Under the pieces are notes generated by a model. The model ran no database searches and was not told where the DNA came from. It was given only the letters and a program-made list of their open reading frames with translations. From NCBI GenBank assembly GCA_947470515.1, contig CANITF010000005.1, forward strand, positions 50,719 to 114,718: a stretch of 64,000 nucleotides of DNA, in the 5' to 3' direction. Origin of the DNA: Flavobacteriales bacterium. Its GTDB lineage: Bacteria > Bacteroidota > Bacteroidia > Flavobacteriales_D > Crocinitomicaceae. Shown one piece after another: positions 9,732 through 18,849 of this stretch. Position numbers and translations under genes: made by a program. Each line of letters starts with the position of its first letter. The stretch's first letter is position 1.

Positions 9732-10079
9732 TCAAAGAAACCCAAGTTCCAATTTCGCTTCTTCACTCATCATGTCTTTATCCCAAGGTGGATCAAAAAC
9801 TATATTTACTTTAGATGATTTTACCCCTTCAATTAGGCAAACTTTATCCTCAACTTCCTTCGGCATTGTTTCGGCCACAGGACAATTAGGTGAAGTTAAA
9901 GTCATTTCAATTTCCACATTTTTATCTTCGTCAATTCTCACTTCATAAATGAGTCCAAGTTCAAAAATGTCGACTGGAATTTCTGGATCGTAAATCGTTT
10001 TTAATACATCTACAACGGTATTTTCTAAGTTTACTATTTCGTCTTCCATTTTGTTATTTTCGTTAAGCGTTGTTATCAA
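9732..10079 (-). CDS. sufT: SUF-system Fe-S assembly protein, DUF59/SufT family
   Basis: 115 aa with DPEIPVDIFELGLIY...LTSPNCPV, which is characteristic of the DUF59 domain. It lies directly downstream of sufS-sufE and overlaps sufE. Confidence 0.8.
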   Translation of the reverse strand: MITTLNENNKMEDEIVNLENTVVDVLKTIYDPEIPVDIFELGLIYEVRIDEDKNVEIEMTLTSPNCPVAETMPKEVEDKVCLIEGVKSSKVNIVFDPPWDKDMMSEEAKLELGFL

Positions 10080-10488
10080 GATTTAACAAAGCTGTCATTT
10101 TCATTTTTTGAACCATGCTCAATAATCCATTTGCTCTAGTTGGAGAGAGGTGTTCTTGCAATCCAATAGTTTTGATAAAATGTAAGTCTGCTTTTGCTAC
10201 TGATTCAGGTGTTTCATTATTCAAAACACGAATCAACAAGCCAATAATTCCTTTTGTAATTATTGCATCTGCGTCTGAAGTGAATTTCATTTTACCATTT
10301 TCAACTGTTGCATCAAGCCAAACATTTGATTGACATCCGCGAATCAAGCGATCATCCGTTTTTTTATCTTTATCAATCAACGGAAGTTCTTTGCCAAGAT
10401 CAATGATGTATTCATATTTATCCATCCAATCATCGAAGATTTGGAATTCACCAATGATTTCTTGTTGTTTTTCTTCTAATGTCATCAT
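10063..10488 (-). CDS. sufE: SufE-family cysteine desulfuration (sulfur acceptor) protein
   Basis: 141 aa with the conserved RGCQSNVWL motif holding the acceptor cysteine. It is adjacent to sufS. Confidence 0.85.
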   Translation of the reverse strand: MMTLEEKQQEIIGEFQIFDDWMDKYEYIIDLGKELPLIDKDKKTDDRLIRGCQSNVWLDATVENGKMKFTSDADAIITKGIIGLLIRVLNNETPESVAKADLHFIKTIGLQEHLSPTRANGLLSMVQKMKMTALLNLDNNA

Positions 10489-10494
10489 GTCAGC

Positions 10495-11742
10495 TTATTT
10501 CAACATGTTGATACTCTTCTCAACAGCAGCTATGAAAATATCTACTTCTTCCCGCGTATTATAGAAGGCAAAAGATGCTCTTACTGTTCCTGGTATTTGA
10601 AAGAAATCCATTAATGGCTGAGTACAATGGTGTCCAGTTCTGACAGCAATCCCTTGCTTGTCTAATAAAGTCCCTATATCAAATGGATGAATATTTTCAA
10701 CTACAAAAGACACAACACTTGTTTTCTTTTTTGCTTCACCGATAATGGCTAATCCCTCAAAGGTATCAAGCATGTCTTGCGCATATTCGGCTAATTCTTT
10801 TTCATATTTTTGAACAGCATCCATGTCTAATTCAGACAAAAATTCAAACGCTTTCCCTAAACAGATTCCTCCAGCAATATGAGGTGTTCCTGCTTCAAAT
10901 TTGAACGGCAATTCATTGTAGGTTGTATGTTCAAATGTAACACGCGATATCATGTCACCACCACCTTGATATGGAGGCATTTTATCCAACAACGCTTCTT
11001 TGCCATAGAGTACACCAATTCCTGTTGGACCAAAAACTTTATGCCCGGAAAAGACAAAAAAGTCACAATCCATGTCAACAACATCAATTGACATGTGTTG
11101 AATACTTTGTGCTCCATCCACCAATATTTTCGCACCTACAGCGTGTGCTTTTACTGCTAATTCCTTGACTGGATTAATTGTGCCAAGTGTATTTGAAATA
11201 TGTGTTACGGCAACTAGTTTAGTTTTTGAATTCAATAATTTATCAAATTCTTCAATAATCAATTCTCCTTTTTTATTGATTGGAGCAACGCGCAGTGTCA
11301 GATTCTTACGCTGACAAAGCATTTGCCAAGGAACAATATTTGAATGGTGTTCCATTGCTGTGATCAAAATTTCATCACCAGCAGATAGTAATTCACCGAA
11401 TGAAAAAGCAACAAGGTTAATACCATCTGTTGCTCCTTTTGTGAAGATTATTTCTTCTGATTTTTTAGCATGGATATAATTCTGAATTGTTACTCGAGCT
11501 TTTTCGTATTCCGTTGTTGCTTGTTGACTCATGAAATGGACGCCGCGGTGAATATTCGCATTGTCTTTTGAGTAATACATGTTGATTGCATCAAGCACCA
11601 CTTGCGGCTTTTGCGAAGTTGCACCGTTATCAAAATAGATAAGGTTTTTGTCGTAAATCAACTGTCGAAGCGCTGGAAATTGTTGACGAATTTCTCTAAC
11701 GATGAATGGTTTTTTTGTTCCTTCTGTCATAACTATGTGCAA
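10495..11742 (-). CDS. sufS: Cysteine desulfurase, SufS type (PLP-dependent)
   Basis: IYFDNGATSQKP, NANIHRGVH, the PLP-lysine region FSGHKVFGPTGIGVLYG, and a C-terminal RTGHHCTQP...RASFAFYNT with the catalytic Cys. The start could instead be the MTEG Met 12 nt downstream. Confidence 0.92.
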   Translation of the reverse strand: MHIVMTEGTKKPFIVREIRQQFPALRQLIYDKNLIYFDNGATSQKPQVVLDAINMYYSKDNANIHRGVHFMSQQATTEYEKARVTIQNYIHAKKSEEIIFTKGATDGINLVAFSFGELLSAGDEILITAMEHHSNIVPWQMLCQRKNLTLRVAPINKKGELIIEEFDKLLNSKTKLVAVTHISNTLGTINPVKELAVKAHAVGAKILVDGAQSIQHMSIDVVDMDCDFFVFSGHKVFGPTGIGVLYGKEALLDKMPPYQGGGDMISRVTFEHTTYNELPFKFEAGTPHIAGGICLGKAFEFLSELDMDAVQKYEKELAEYAQDMLDTFEGLAIIGEAKKKTSVVSFVVENIHPFDIGTLLDKQGIAVRTGHHCTQPLMDFFQIPGTVRASFAFYNTREEVDIFIAAVEKSINMLK

Positions 11743-11849
11743 AGATACAACAATCGTTATTTTGAATTGTTCTAAAGAAGAAAAAAATGGAAATACTTTT
11801 ACATAATTATAAATTGCTCGTTACAAATTATGAATTGATGCGTTATCAA

Positions 11850-12581
11850 TTATATTTTGTGAAAAAGCATTAAAAACTCTTGATTTCCGTCACCACCGAG
11901 GATAGGCGAATCAATTTGCTTTTGAAAAATTAAATTGTTTACTTTTCCGGCTTCTTTTATATCTTCTAACATTTCTGGGAAAAGACTTTTGTTTTTCACA
12001 ATTCCTCCTTTTCCAATATTTGCTTTACCAACTTCAAATTGTGGTTTAACAAGCGCTATAACATAGCCATTTGGCTTTAAAAAAGAGTGGATAAAAGGAA
12101 ATATTTTCCCCAGTGAAATAAAGGATACGTCTAAAACACAGCCGTCAATTGGCTCTTTAATAACGTTTGCTGTTAATTCACGAACATGGGTTTTTTCAAG
12201 ATTAACAACGCGCTCATCATCATTTAAACGAGGATGTAATTGATTCTTTCCAACGTCAACGGAGTAAACACGGGTCGCACCGTTTTGTAATAAGACTTCT
12301 GTAAATCCGCCGGTTGACGCACCAATATCCATAAAAACACCATCTTGAATCGTTGGTTTCCAGTTTTCAATCGCTTCCAATAATTTCAAAGCTCCTCTTG
12401 AAACCCATGGAATTTCTTCTTCAATCATTTCAATCACACAATCGATAGGAAATTTTTTACCTGTTTTTGTTACCAATTTACCATCTACTTTAACTCCAAC
12501 TTCACGAATTATCTTCTCTGCTCGCACTCTAGTTGTTACTAATTTGCGCTGTAAAATAATCTTGTCCAAACGTTCTTCCAT
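11850..12581 (-). CDS. tlyA: TlyA-family rRNA 2'-O-methyltransferase (S4 + FtsJ domains)
   Basis: An N-terminal S4-like segment RLDKIILQRKLVTTRVRAEKII, then RGALKL and the SAM motif DIGASTGGFTEVLL. Confidence 0.85.
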   Translation of the reverse strand: MEERLDKIILQRKLVTTRVRAEKIIREVGVKVDGKLVTKTGKKFPIDCVIEMIEEEIPWVSRGALKLLEAIENWKPTIQDGVFMDIGASTGGFTEVLLQNGATRVYSVDVGKNQLHPRLNDDERVVNLEKTHVRELTANVIKEPIDGCVLDVSFISLGKIFPFIHSFLKPNGYVIALVKPQFEVGKANIGKGGIVKNKSLFPEMLEDIKEAGKVNNLIFQKQIDSPILGGDGNQEFLMLFHKI

Positions 12582-12594
12582 GCTGCAAAGATAA

Positions 12595-12643
12595 GATTTG
12601 TGATTGTGAATTCCGAATTCCGAATTTCAAATTCCAAATTCTA
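12595..12643. repeat. GATTTGTGATTGTG followed by five tandem heptamers (AATTCCG AATTCCG AATTTCA AATTCCA AATTCTA)
   Basis: Read directly in the divergent tlyA/queD spacer. The GATTTGTG word is shared with the 9653-9707 array. Confidence 0.9.
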
Positions 12644-12645
12644 AC

Positions 12646-12653
12646 TATCTTTG
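12646..12653 (+). promoter_or_regulatory. Candidate Bacteroidota -7 promoter box (TATCTTTG = TAnnTTTG)
   Basis: It matches the established TAnnTTTG -7 consensus of Bacteroidetes primary-sigma promoters. It sits 8 nt before the first possible queD start, which would imply a near-leaderless transcript. Confidence 0.35.
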
Positions 12654-12661
12654 TACTTTAA

Positions 12662-13102
12662 TTGAATAGTTTGAAAACAATATATATTACACGACGAGAG
12701 ACCTTCAATGCAGCTCACAAATTGTGGAGAGAAGATTGGTCAGAAGAGAAAAACTGGGAAGTTTTTGGGAAATGCAGCAATAAAAACTGGCATGGTCATA
12801 ACTTTTCTATCTATGTAACTGTGAAAGGCGTTCCAAACGAAAATACTGGATTTGTCATTAATTTGAAAGAGTTAAGTCAAATTTTGAAAGACGAAGTTGT
12901 AGAAGCCTTAGACCATAAAAATTTAAATTTAGATGTACCTTTTTTAGCTGGAATGCTCGCTTCAACAGAAAATATGGCCATTCAAATCTGGGAGAGAATA
13001 AAAGAACCAATTGCTATCGCTGGTGGGGAACTAGTAAAAATCAAATTGGTTGAAACAGAAAACAATTACGTTGAATATTATGGAGGTAAAGAACCTTTTT
13101 AA
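12662..13102 (+). CDS. queD: 6-carboxy-5,6,7,8-tetrahydropterin synthase / 6-pyruvoyl-tetrahydropterin synthase family
   Basis: RRETFNAAHKL...NKNWHGHNF (the Zn-binding His cluster and HGHN motif) and a C-terminal LVETENNYVEY. There is no in-frame ATG before the conserved N-terminus, so the start must be TTG (12662 or 12671). Confidence 0.85.
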   Translation: MNSLKTIYITRRETFNAAHKLWREDWSEEKNWEVFGKCSNKNWHGHNFSIYVTVKGVPNENTGFVINLKELSQILKDEVVEALDHKNLNLDVPFLAGMLASTENMAIQIWERIKEPIAIAGGELVKIKLVETENNYVEYYGGKEPF

Positions 13103-13132
13103 GTTCTAATTGTTTTTAAGTAAATAAACAAC

Positions 13133-13711
13133 ATGTACGACGATAAAATAACAAACGATTTAGCGAAACATTACAAAGAGGTTCTTTCAAAAATTGGTGA
13201 AGACCCAGAACGAGAAGGATTGTTGAGAACACCAGAACGTATGGCAAAAGCGATGCAATTCTTAACGCATGGTTATGACATCAATCCAGATGATTTAATG
13301 AAACAAGCAATTTTTCACGAAGAATATTCTGAAATGGTGATTGTGAAGGACATCGAAGTTTATTCTATGTGCGAACACCATATGCTGCCATTTTTCGGAA
13401 AAGCACATGTTGCTTATATTCCAGATGGTAAGATTGTTGGTTTAAGTAAAGTTCCCAGAGTTGTAGATGCGTATTCACGCCGATTACAAGTTCAAGAAAG
13501 ACTTACCATTGAAATTAGAGATTGTATTCAACGAACACTTAATCCGAAAGGAGTTGCGGTTGTAATTGAATGTTCGCACATGTGTATGCAAATGCGCGGT
13601 GTTCAAAAACAAAATTCAGTAACTACAACAAGTGCATTTACAGGATTATTTATGAATAATGATGCAACTAGAAGAGAATTTGTTAATTTAGTTCAAGCAA
13701 AATTACATTAA
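13133..13711 (+). CDS. folE: GTP cyclohydrolase I (type 1)
   Basis: [41 protein letters not shown] and [12 protein letters not shown] are classic FolE motifs. Confidence 0.93.
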   Translation: MYDDKITNDLAKHYKEVLSKIGEDPEREGLLRTPERMAKAMQFLTHGYDINPDDLMKQAIFHEEYSEMVIVKDIEVYSMCEHHMLPFFGKAHVAYIPDGKIVGLSKVPRVVDAYSRRLQVQERLTIEIRDCIQRTLNPKGVAVVIECSHMCMQMRGVQKQNSVTTTSAFTGLFMNNDATRREFVNLVQAKLH

Positions 13712-13713
13712 CT

Positions 13714-14460
13714 ATGAATGAAATAATAGATCAACACGACGGTTATACAAAAGAAATAACCAAAGAATTTTTTAGAGATGTTTACGGCTATATGTTTGCC
13801 GCACTAGGGATCTCGGGTATCATTGCCTACATGGTCGGAACTGGAGAATCTGTAACACTTGAGGACGGTAGGTCAATGCCTATTTTCTTTTTAGAATATT
13901 TTTTCAACTCAGAAGGAGGGATCTCTCCATTGTTTTACGTTGTAATGTTCGCCCCACTAGGTTTAGGCTTATTGATTCAAATGGCTTATAGAAGACTTTC
14001 ATTGGTTGTGATAATGATTTTATTTATAGCCTATTCTTCATTAATGGGTCTAAGTTTAAGTACTATTTTCATTGTTTATTCAATCCCTTCTATTATATCA
14101 ACTTTCTTTGTGTCTGCTGGGGCATTTGCAGGAATGGCAATATTAGGATACACAACTAAAACTGATTTAACCAAGTTTGGAAGTTTGATGTATATGCTTT
14201 TCATTGGCATTTTCATCGCTGGAATTGTAAATATGTTTATGCACAGTGAAATGATGGAATATGTCATTTCAATGGTTGGTGTATTTGTCTTCACTGGTTT
14301 AACTGCTTATTATATGCAGCAATTAAAAGGTACTGCCCAAGACACTTCTTTGTCGGGTATAGACAGAAGCAAGTTGTCTTTAATTGGCGGTTTACAATTG
14401 TATATATTATTCATTAACCTTTTTCTTTCTCTTTTAAGAATTTTAGGTTCAAGAGATTAA
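13714..14460 (+). CDS. Bax inhibitor-1/YccA-family integral membrane protein
   Basis: 248 aa with about 7 hydrophobic segments. The N-terminal FFRDVYGYMFAALGISGIIAY and overall architecture are typical of the BI-1/YccA family. Confidence 0.75.
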   Translation: MNEIIDQHDGYTKEITKEFFRDVYGYMFAALGISGIIAYMVGTGESVTLEDGRSMPIFFLEYFFNSEGGISPLFYVVMFAPLGLGLLIQMAYRRLSLVVIMILFIAYSSLMGLSLSTIFIVYSIPSIISTFFVSAGAFAGMAILGYTTKTDLTKFGSLMYMLFIGIFIAGIVNMFMHSEMMEYVISMVGVFVFTGLTAYYMQQLKGTAQDTSLSGIDRSKLSLIGGLQLYILFINLFLSLLRILGSRD

Positions 14461-14481
14461 AGATTTGAAATAAGATTTTGT

Positions 14482-14514
14482 AGCCATCCATCAGCTGACG
14501 GATGGCTTTTTTTA
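14482..14514 (+). terminator. Rho-independent terminator after the BI-1-family gene
   Basis: AGCCATCC (14482-14489) pairs with GGATGGCT (14500-14507) across a 10-nt loop, followed by a T-run. Confidence 0.8.
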
Positions 14515-14569
14515 TTACATAAAATAAAAAAAAGTTATTTGTTCTATGATTTCCGTTCGAATAATTTTT

Positions 14570-14577
14570 TACTTTTG
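14570..14577 (+). promoter_or_regulatory. Candidate -7 promoter box (TACTTTTG) for the micro-gene at 14593
   Basis: TAnnTTTG match 16 nt upstream of the ATG and downstream of the preceding terminator. Confidence 0.4.
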
Positions 14578-14592
14578 ATAAAAAAAACGATT

Positions 14593-14691
14593 ATGTCAGA
14601 TAATTTCTTCGAAGGTTCAACTGCGGCAATAGGTACAATTTATACAATTTTCGTTATTGCAGTTATTACTTGGATAATGATTTGGGGTTAA
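14593..14691 (+). CDS. Unlisted 32-codon ORF encoding a small single-pass membrane peptide (MSDNFFEGSTAAIGTIYTIFVIAVITWIMIWG)
   Basis: An ATG-to-TAA ORF that I translated by hand. It has a hydrophobic helix, lies between two clean intrinsic terminators, and has a TAnnTTTG box upstream. It falls below the ORF-track length cutoff. Confidence 0.5.
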   Translation: MSDNFFEGSTAAIGTIYTIFVIAVITWIMIWG

Positions 14692-14714
14692 TCCCAATCT
14701 CCAAAAAATAAGTT

Positions 14715-14750
14715 AAGCTGTCGCGCCAATGGTGGATAGCTTTTTTTTTT
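14715..14750 (+). terminator. Rho-independent terminator after the micro-gene
   Basis: AAGCTGTC (14715-14722) pairs with GGATAGCTT (14734-14742), including one G-U pair, followed by T10. Confidence 0.7.
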
Positions 14751-14819
14751 GAGTTTTTTCTAGTAAATTATTCATGTTAAAGATGTAATTTTAGGTAATA
14801 ACTTCTCAATCATTTTAGG

Positions 14820-16346
14820 ATGCCTTTCAATTCAATTTTTGCTTGGATAATAAAAAAAAGAATTCATCAAATTGATTTATTCAAAAAGTATCCGTTTGAA
14901 GTTCAGCAAGAAACATTTGAAAAATTAATTGCATCTGGATTAAAGACCAAATGGGGAATTGAAAAAAAATTCTTTTCAATTAGGTCCTATCAAGAATTCA
15001 AAAATCAAGTTCCTTTGCAAGAATATGCTGATGTTCAACCAATCATTGAAAGATTAATGAATGGCGAACAAAATTTAATATGGCCTACAGAAACAAAATG
15101 GTTTGCAAAGTCATCCGGCACAACAAGTACAAGAAGTAAATTAATACCAGTAACAAAAGAATCGTTAGAAGATTGCCATTATAAAGGAGGAAAAGACCTT
15201 CTTGCAATTTATTATAATAATCATCCTAACGGAAAATTATATAACGGAAAACACCTTATTGTTGGAGGTTCAACAGAGGATAATCCGAATAGCACAGATT
15301 CCTATTTTGGAGATATTTCCGCAATCATCGTCAAGAATTTACCGTGGTGGGCTGGCATAAGAAGAACCCCTTCAAAAGAGATTATTCTCATGAATGAATG
15401 GGAATCAAAAATTGAGAAAATGGCACTAAGTACCATGAATGAAGATGTTCACATCATTGTGGGGGTGCCAAGTTGGACGATGGTTCTAGCAAATAGAATA
15501 CTTGAAATTACAGGTAAAAATAATCTCAAAGAGGTTTGGCCAAATTTGGAATTATTCATGCATGGTGGCGTAAATTTCGAACCGTATAAAGAGCAATTCA
15601 AAAAGTTAATTCCCGATCCCAATATGAATTATGTGGAAACATATAATGCATCTGAAGGATTTTTTGGAATTCAAGATCAATTGGATTCAAATGAATTGTT
15701 GTTGATGTTGGATTATGGCATTTATTACGAATTCATTCCGATGACTTCTTATGAGGGAACGAAATCAACTGAAATCGTTAATCTTGAAGAAGTTAAATTA
15801 GGTGTTAATTACGCTTTAGTTATTTCAACGAATGGTGGTTTATGGCGTTATATTATTGGCGATACAATTCAATTCACATCACTAAATCCATTTCGCTTCA
15901 AAATCACAGGAAGAACTAAAAGCTTCATCAATACATTTGGAGAAGAGTTAATAGTCGACAATGCTGAGCTAGCAATAGCGTATGCTTGTAGTAAAACGAA
16001 TTCTCAGATTAGAGATTATACTGCGTGTCCAGTTTATATGACAAGTGTTGAACACGGTGGGCATGAATGGTTAATCGAATTTATCAAATCACCCGAAGAT
16101 TTGAATCGTTTTGGAATACTGTTAGATGAAAAATTGAGAGAAATCAATTCTGATTACGACGCAAAAAGGTACAATAATATGGTGTTAAATCCACCAATAA
16201 TTAAAATTGCAGAAAATGGTACTTTTGATAATTGGTTGAAATCCGAAGGAAAATTAGGTGGACAAAATAAAATCCCGAGACTTTCAAATAATAGAGTTAT
16301 TTTGGAACAAATATTGGTTCAAATGGCACACATCAAAATAAAGTAG
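14820..16346 (+). CDS. GH3-family (auxin-responsive-promoter-family) acyl-adenylate-forming enzyme homolog
   Basis: ~508 aa. The N-terminal KKRIHQIDLFKKYPFEVQQETFEKLI and the SSGTTS P-loop-like adenylation motif are typical of the GH3 homologs common in Bacteroidota. Confidence 0.8.
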   Translation: MPFNSIFAWIIKKRIHQIDLFKKYPFEVQQETFEKLIASGLKTKWGIEKKFFSIRSYQEFKNQVPLQEYADVQPIIERLMNGEQNLIWPTETKWFAKSSGTTSTRSKLIPVTKESLEDCHYKGGKDLLAIYYNNHPNGKLYNGKHLIVGGSTEDNPNSTDSYFGDISAIIVKNLPWWAGIRRTPSKEIILMNEWESKIEKMALSTMNEDVHIIVGVPSWTMVLANRILEITGKNNLKEVWPNLELFMHGGVNFEPYKEQFKKLIPDPNMNYVETYNASEGFFGIQDQLDSNELLLMLDYGIYYEFIPMTSYEGTKSTEIVNLEEVKLGVNYALVISTNGGLWRYIIGDTIQFTSLNPFRFKITGRTKSFINTFGEELIVDNAELAIAYACSKTNSQIRDYTACPVYMTSVEHGGHEWLIEFIKSPEDLNRFGILLDEKLREINSDYDAKRYNNMVLNPPIIKIAENGTFDNWLKSEGKLGGQNKIPRLSNNRVILEQILVQMAHIKIK

Positions 16347-16352
16347 AATAAA

Positions 16353-17174
16353 GTGAAAGCAATCTTGATATTCTTATTTTTTGCTATTTCAGTATCAAAT
16401 GTTCATGCACAGATTTTTGATTCTTTGCATTGGGAAAAAAATGGGGAATATGTAATCAACCAAGATGATATTTGGTCCGTTGATGTTTTGGGAAATGTGT
16501 ATATCGCCAAAAGTAAAGTTCTTCAAAAATTCGATTCTACGGGTGTTTTAAAATTTTCACAAAGTATAAAATCGTTCGGCAGAATCAAGGAAATTCAATC
16601 TATCAATACGATGAAATTGGTAACTTTTTCAGAAGAACAACAGACTGTTTGTCTTCTCGATAATACATTGACATTAAGTGAAGAATGTTTGGATTTATCA
16701 AATTTCGATATTGGAAATGCATCACATATAGCTATTTCTGGTCAATCAGATAAATTATGGGTGGTGGATCAACTCAATTCAAAGTTGTTGCTCTTAAGTT
16801 TAAACGGAACAAATCAATTTCAAGAAATAAAAAATTTAAAAGGTATTTTGAATATGAATCAAATTGAATCAATTCAAGAAGTGGAAAATCATTTATTTCT
16901 AATAGATTCGTCTGGGACAATTTTTGAATTTGATTTGTATGGATCTTTAATTAGAACCTATCAATTTGATTTTTTCAAAAGCTTGATTATCAAGGATAAA
17001 TCGTTTGTTTTGTTGTTGAAGGATAAATTAAATATTCGTCAAATTAATGAATCTACAAATGATTTTATAGAGTTACCAACAATCGGTATAAGTGAAGTAA
17101 AATTGTCGGGTAAATTTTTCTATTTTCGTACGGAGAATAAAATATTAAAATACTCACTTACTTTACGCAATTAA
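16353..17174 (+). CDS. Hypothetical exported protein with possible beta-propeller-like blades
   Basis: GTG start followed immediately by a signal peptide (KAILIFLFFAISVSNVHAQ). Blade-like segments recur (WSVDVLGNVYIA, LWVVDQLNSKLLLL, LFLIDSSGTIFEFD). It starts 7 nt after the GH3 gene. Confidence 0.6.
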   Translation: MKAILIFLFFAISVSNVHAQIFDSLHWEKNGEYVINQDDIWSVDVLGNVYIAKSKVLQKFDSTGVLKFSQSIKSFGRIKEIQSINTMKLVTFSEEQQTVCLLDNTLTLSEECLDLSNFDIGNASHIAISGQSDKLWVVDQLNSKLLLLSLNGTNQFQEIKNLKGILNMNQIESIQEVENHLFLIDSSGTIFEFDLYGSLIRTYQFDFFKSLIIKDKSFVLLLKDKLNIRQINESTNDFIELPTIGISEVKLSGKFFYFRTENKILKYSLTLRN

Positions 17175-17222
17175 TTCTTGTGAATTAAATCAATTGTAGT
17201 AATTTAGGCAGTCTAAATTTGA

Positions 17223-17843
17223 ATGAATATGCATATCGCAGTCGCTGGAAATATTGGGTCAGGTAAAACTACGCTAACAAAGATGTTGGCTAAGCATTAC
17301 GGATGGGAAACGCATTTTGAAGATGTAGAACACAATCCATACTTAAATGATTTTTATGAAGATATGCAACGCTGGTCGTTCAACCTTCAGATTTATTATT
17401 TGAACAGTCGCTTTACGCAAATTCAAGAAATTCAAGAAACAGATAAGAACGTCATTCAGGATCGAACGATATATGAAGATGCTTTCATCTTTGCTCCGAA
17501 CCTGCATTCAATGGGTTTGATGACAACACGTGATTTTGAAAACTATTTCTCTTTGTTTAACTTGATGGATTCTTTTGTGTCCTCTCCAGATTTGTTGATT
17601 TATTTGAGAGCAAGTGTTCCAACATTGGTGAATCAAATTCAAACGCGTGGTCGTGATTACGAAGAAAGTATTCGTTTGGATTATTTAAAGCGTTTGAACG
17701 AGCGCTACGAAGCTTGGATTTCAACTTACGATAAAGGTAAATTATTGATTATTGATGTTGATAACAATCGTTTTCCAGAAAGCCAAGAGGACTTAGGAAA
17801 AATCATCAATGCTATCGATGCTGAAATAAACGGTTTATTTTAA
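17223..17843 (+). CDS. Deoxynucleoside kinase (dAK/dGK/dCK family)
   Basis: P-loop GNIGSGKTTL, an ERS-like QDRTIYED motif, and an RGRDYE lid region. Length is ~205 aa. Confidence 0.85.
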   Translation: MNMHIAVAGNIGSGKTTLTKMLAKHYGWETHFEDVEHNPYLNDFYEDMQRWSFNLQIYYLNSRFTQIQEIQETDKNVIQDRTIYEDAFIFAPNLHSMGLMTTRDFENYFSLFNLMDSFVSSPDLLIYLRASVPTLVNQIQTRGRDYEESIRLDYLKRLNERYEAWISTYDKGKLLIIDVDNNRFPESQEDLGKIINAIDAEINGLF

Positions 17844-17871
17844 GAAATCACGAATCCCAAATTCTGAATCC
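17844..17871. repeat. Four tandem degenerate heptamers (GAAATCA CGAATCC CAAATTC TGAATCC)
   Basis: Read directly. The array fills almost the whole 33-nt spacer between the kinase stop and the hldD start. Confidence 0.7.
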
Positions 17872-17876
17872 AACGT

Positions 17877-18842
17877 ATGATTATAGTTACAGGAGCAGCA
17901 GGCTTTATTGGAAGCTGTTTGGTGAGTCGCTTAAACAAGGCTGGACAAACAAATATTATTGTAGTTGATGATTTTTCAAAGACTGAAAAGGATCACAATC
18001 TTGAAGGTAAATCAATTACAGCAAAAGTTGGTCGAAAGGATTTTATTGCTTGGTTGAATGATTTTGGTGATGAGGTTGAGATGATTTACCACATCGGAGC
18101 ACGAACTGATACTACAGAATTTGATACCAAAATATTTGATGAATTGAACCTGAATTATTCAAAAGATGTTTGGAATGCATGTGTGAAATTTTCAATTCCT
18201 TTAGTGTATGCTAGTTCTGCCGCAACGTATGGTTTGGGAGAATTTGGTTACAAAGATGACCATACACAAATTGAGAATTTAGTTCCTTTGAATCCTTACG
18301 GAGATTCTAAAAATGATTTTGATAAATGGGTATTGAAGCAAACGCAACATCCACCATTTTGGGCAGGTTTAAAATTCTTCAATGTTTATGGTCCAAATGA
18401 ATACCACAAAGGAAGAATGGCTAGTGTAATTTTTCATGCTTTCTGTCAAATAAATGAAAACGGTGGAATGAAATTGTTCCGTTCGCATAATCCAAATTAT
18501 ACTGATGGTGGACAATTACGTGATTTTGTTTATGTGAAGGATGTCGTTGAAGTATGTCTGTTCCTAATGGAAAAACAACCAAATTCGGGAATTTACAATT
18601 TAGGTTCAGGTAAAGCGCGCCCTTTCCTAGATTTGGCAAAAAACACCTTTAAAAGTATGGATGTTCCTGAGAATATTTCATTCATTGACACACCATTTGA
18701 TATTCGCGATAAATACCAATATTTTACTGAAGCTGATATGACTAAAATGTTAGAAGCTGGATATAAAGGAGGTTTCCATACACTAGAAGAAGGAGTAAAA
18801 GATTACGTTCAGAATTACTTGATAGGCGAGAAGTACTATTGA
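17877..18842 (+). CDS. hldD: ADP-L-glycero-D-manno-heptose 6-epimerase
   Basis: It is collinear with E. coli RfaD/HldD as I recall it. Shared segments are MIIVTGAAGFIGS, YASSAATYG, FNVYGPNEYHKGRMASV and RDFVYVKDV. Confidence 0.88.
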   Translation: MIIVTGAAGFIGSCLVSRLNKAGQTNIIVVDDFSKTEKDHNLEGKSITAKVGRKDFIAWLNDFGDEVEMIYHIGARTDTTEFDTKIFDELNLNYSKDVWNACVKFSIPLVYASSAATYGLGEFGYKDDHTQIENLVPLNPYGDSKNDFDKWVLKQTQHPPFWAGLKFFNVYGPNEYHKGRMASVIFHAFCQINENGGMKLFRSHNPNYTDGGQLRDFVYVKDVVEVCLFLMEKQPNSGIYNLGSGKARPFLDLAKNTFKSMDVPENISFIDTPFDIRDKYQYFTEADMTKMLEAGYKGGFHTLEEGVKDYVQNYLIGEKYY

Positions 18843-18849
18843 TTCATCC

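Noticed and set aside
12582-12661. preQ1 riboswitch upstream of queD
   Set aside because: The spacer is almost entirely heptamer repeats. No preQ1-type stem-loop followed by an A-rich tail is recognisable.
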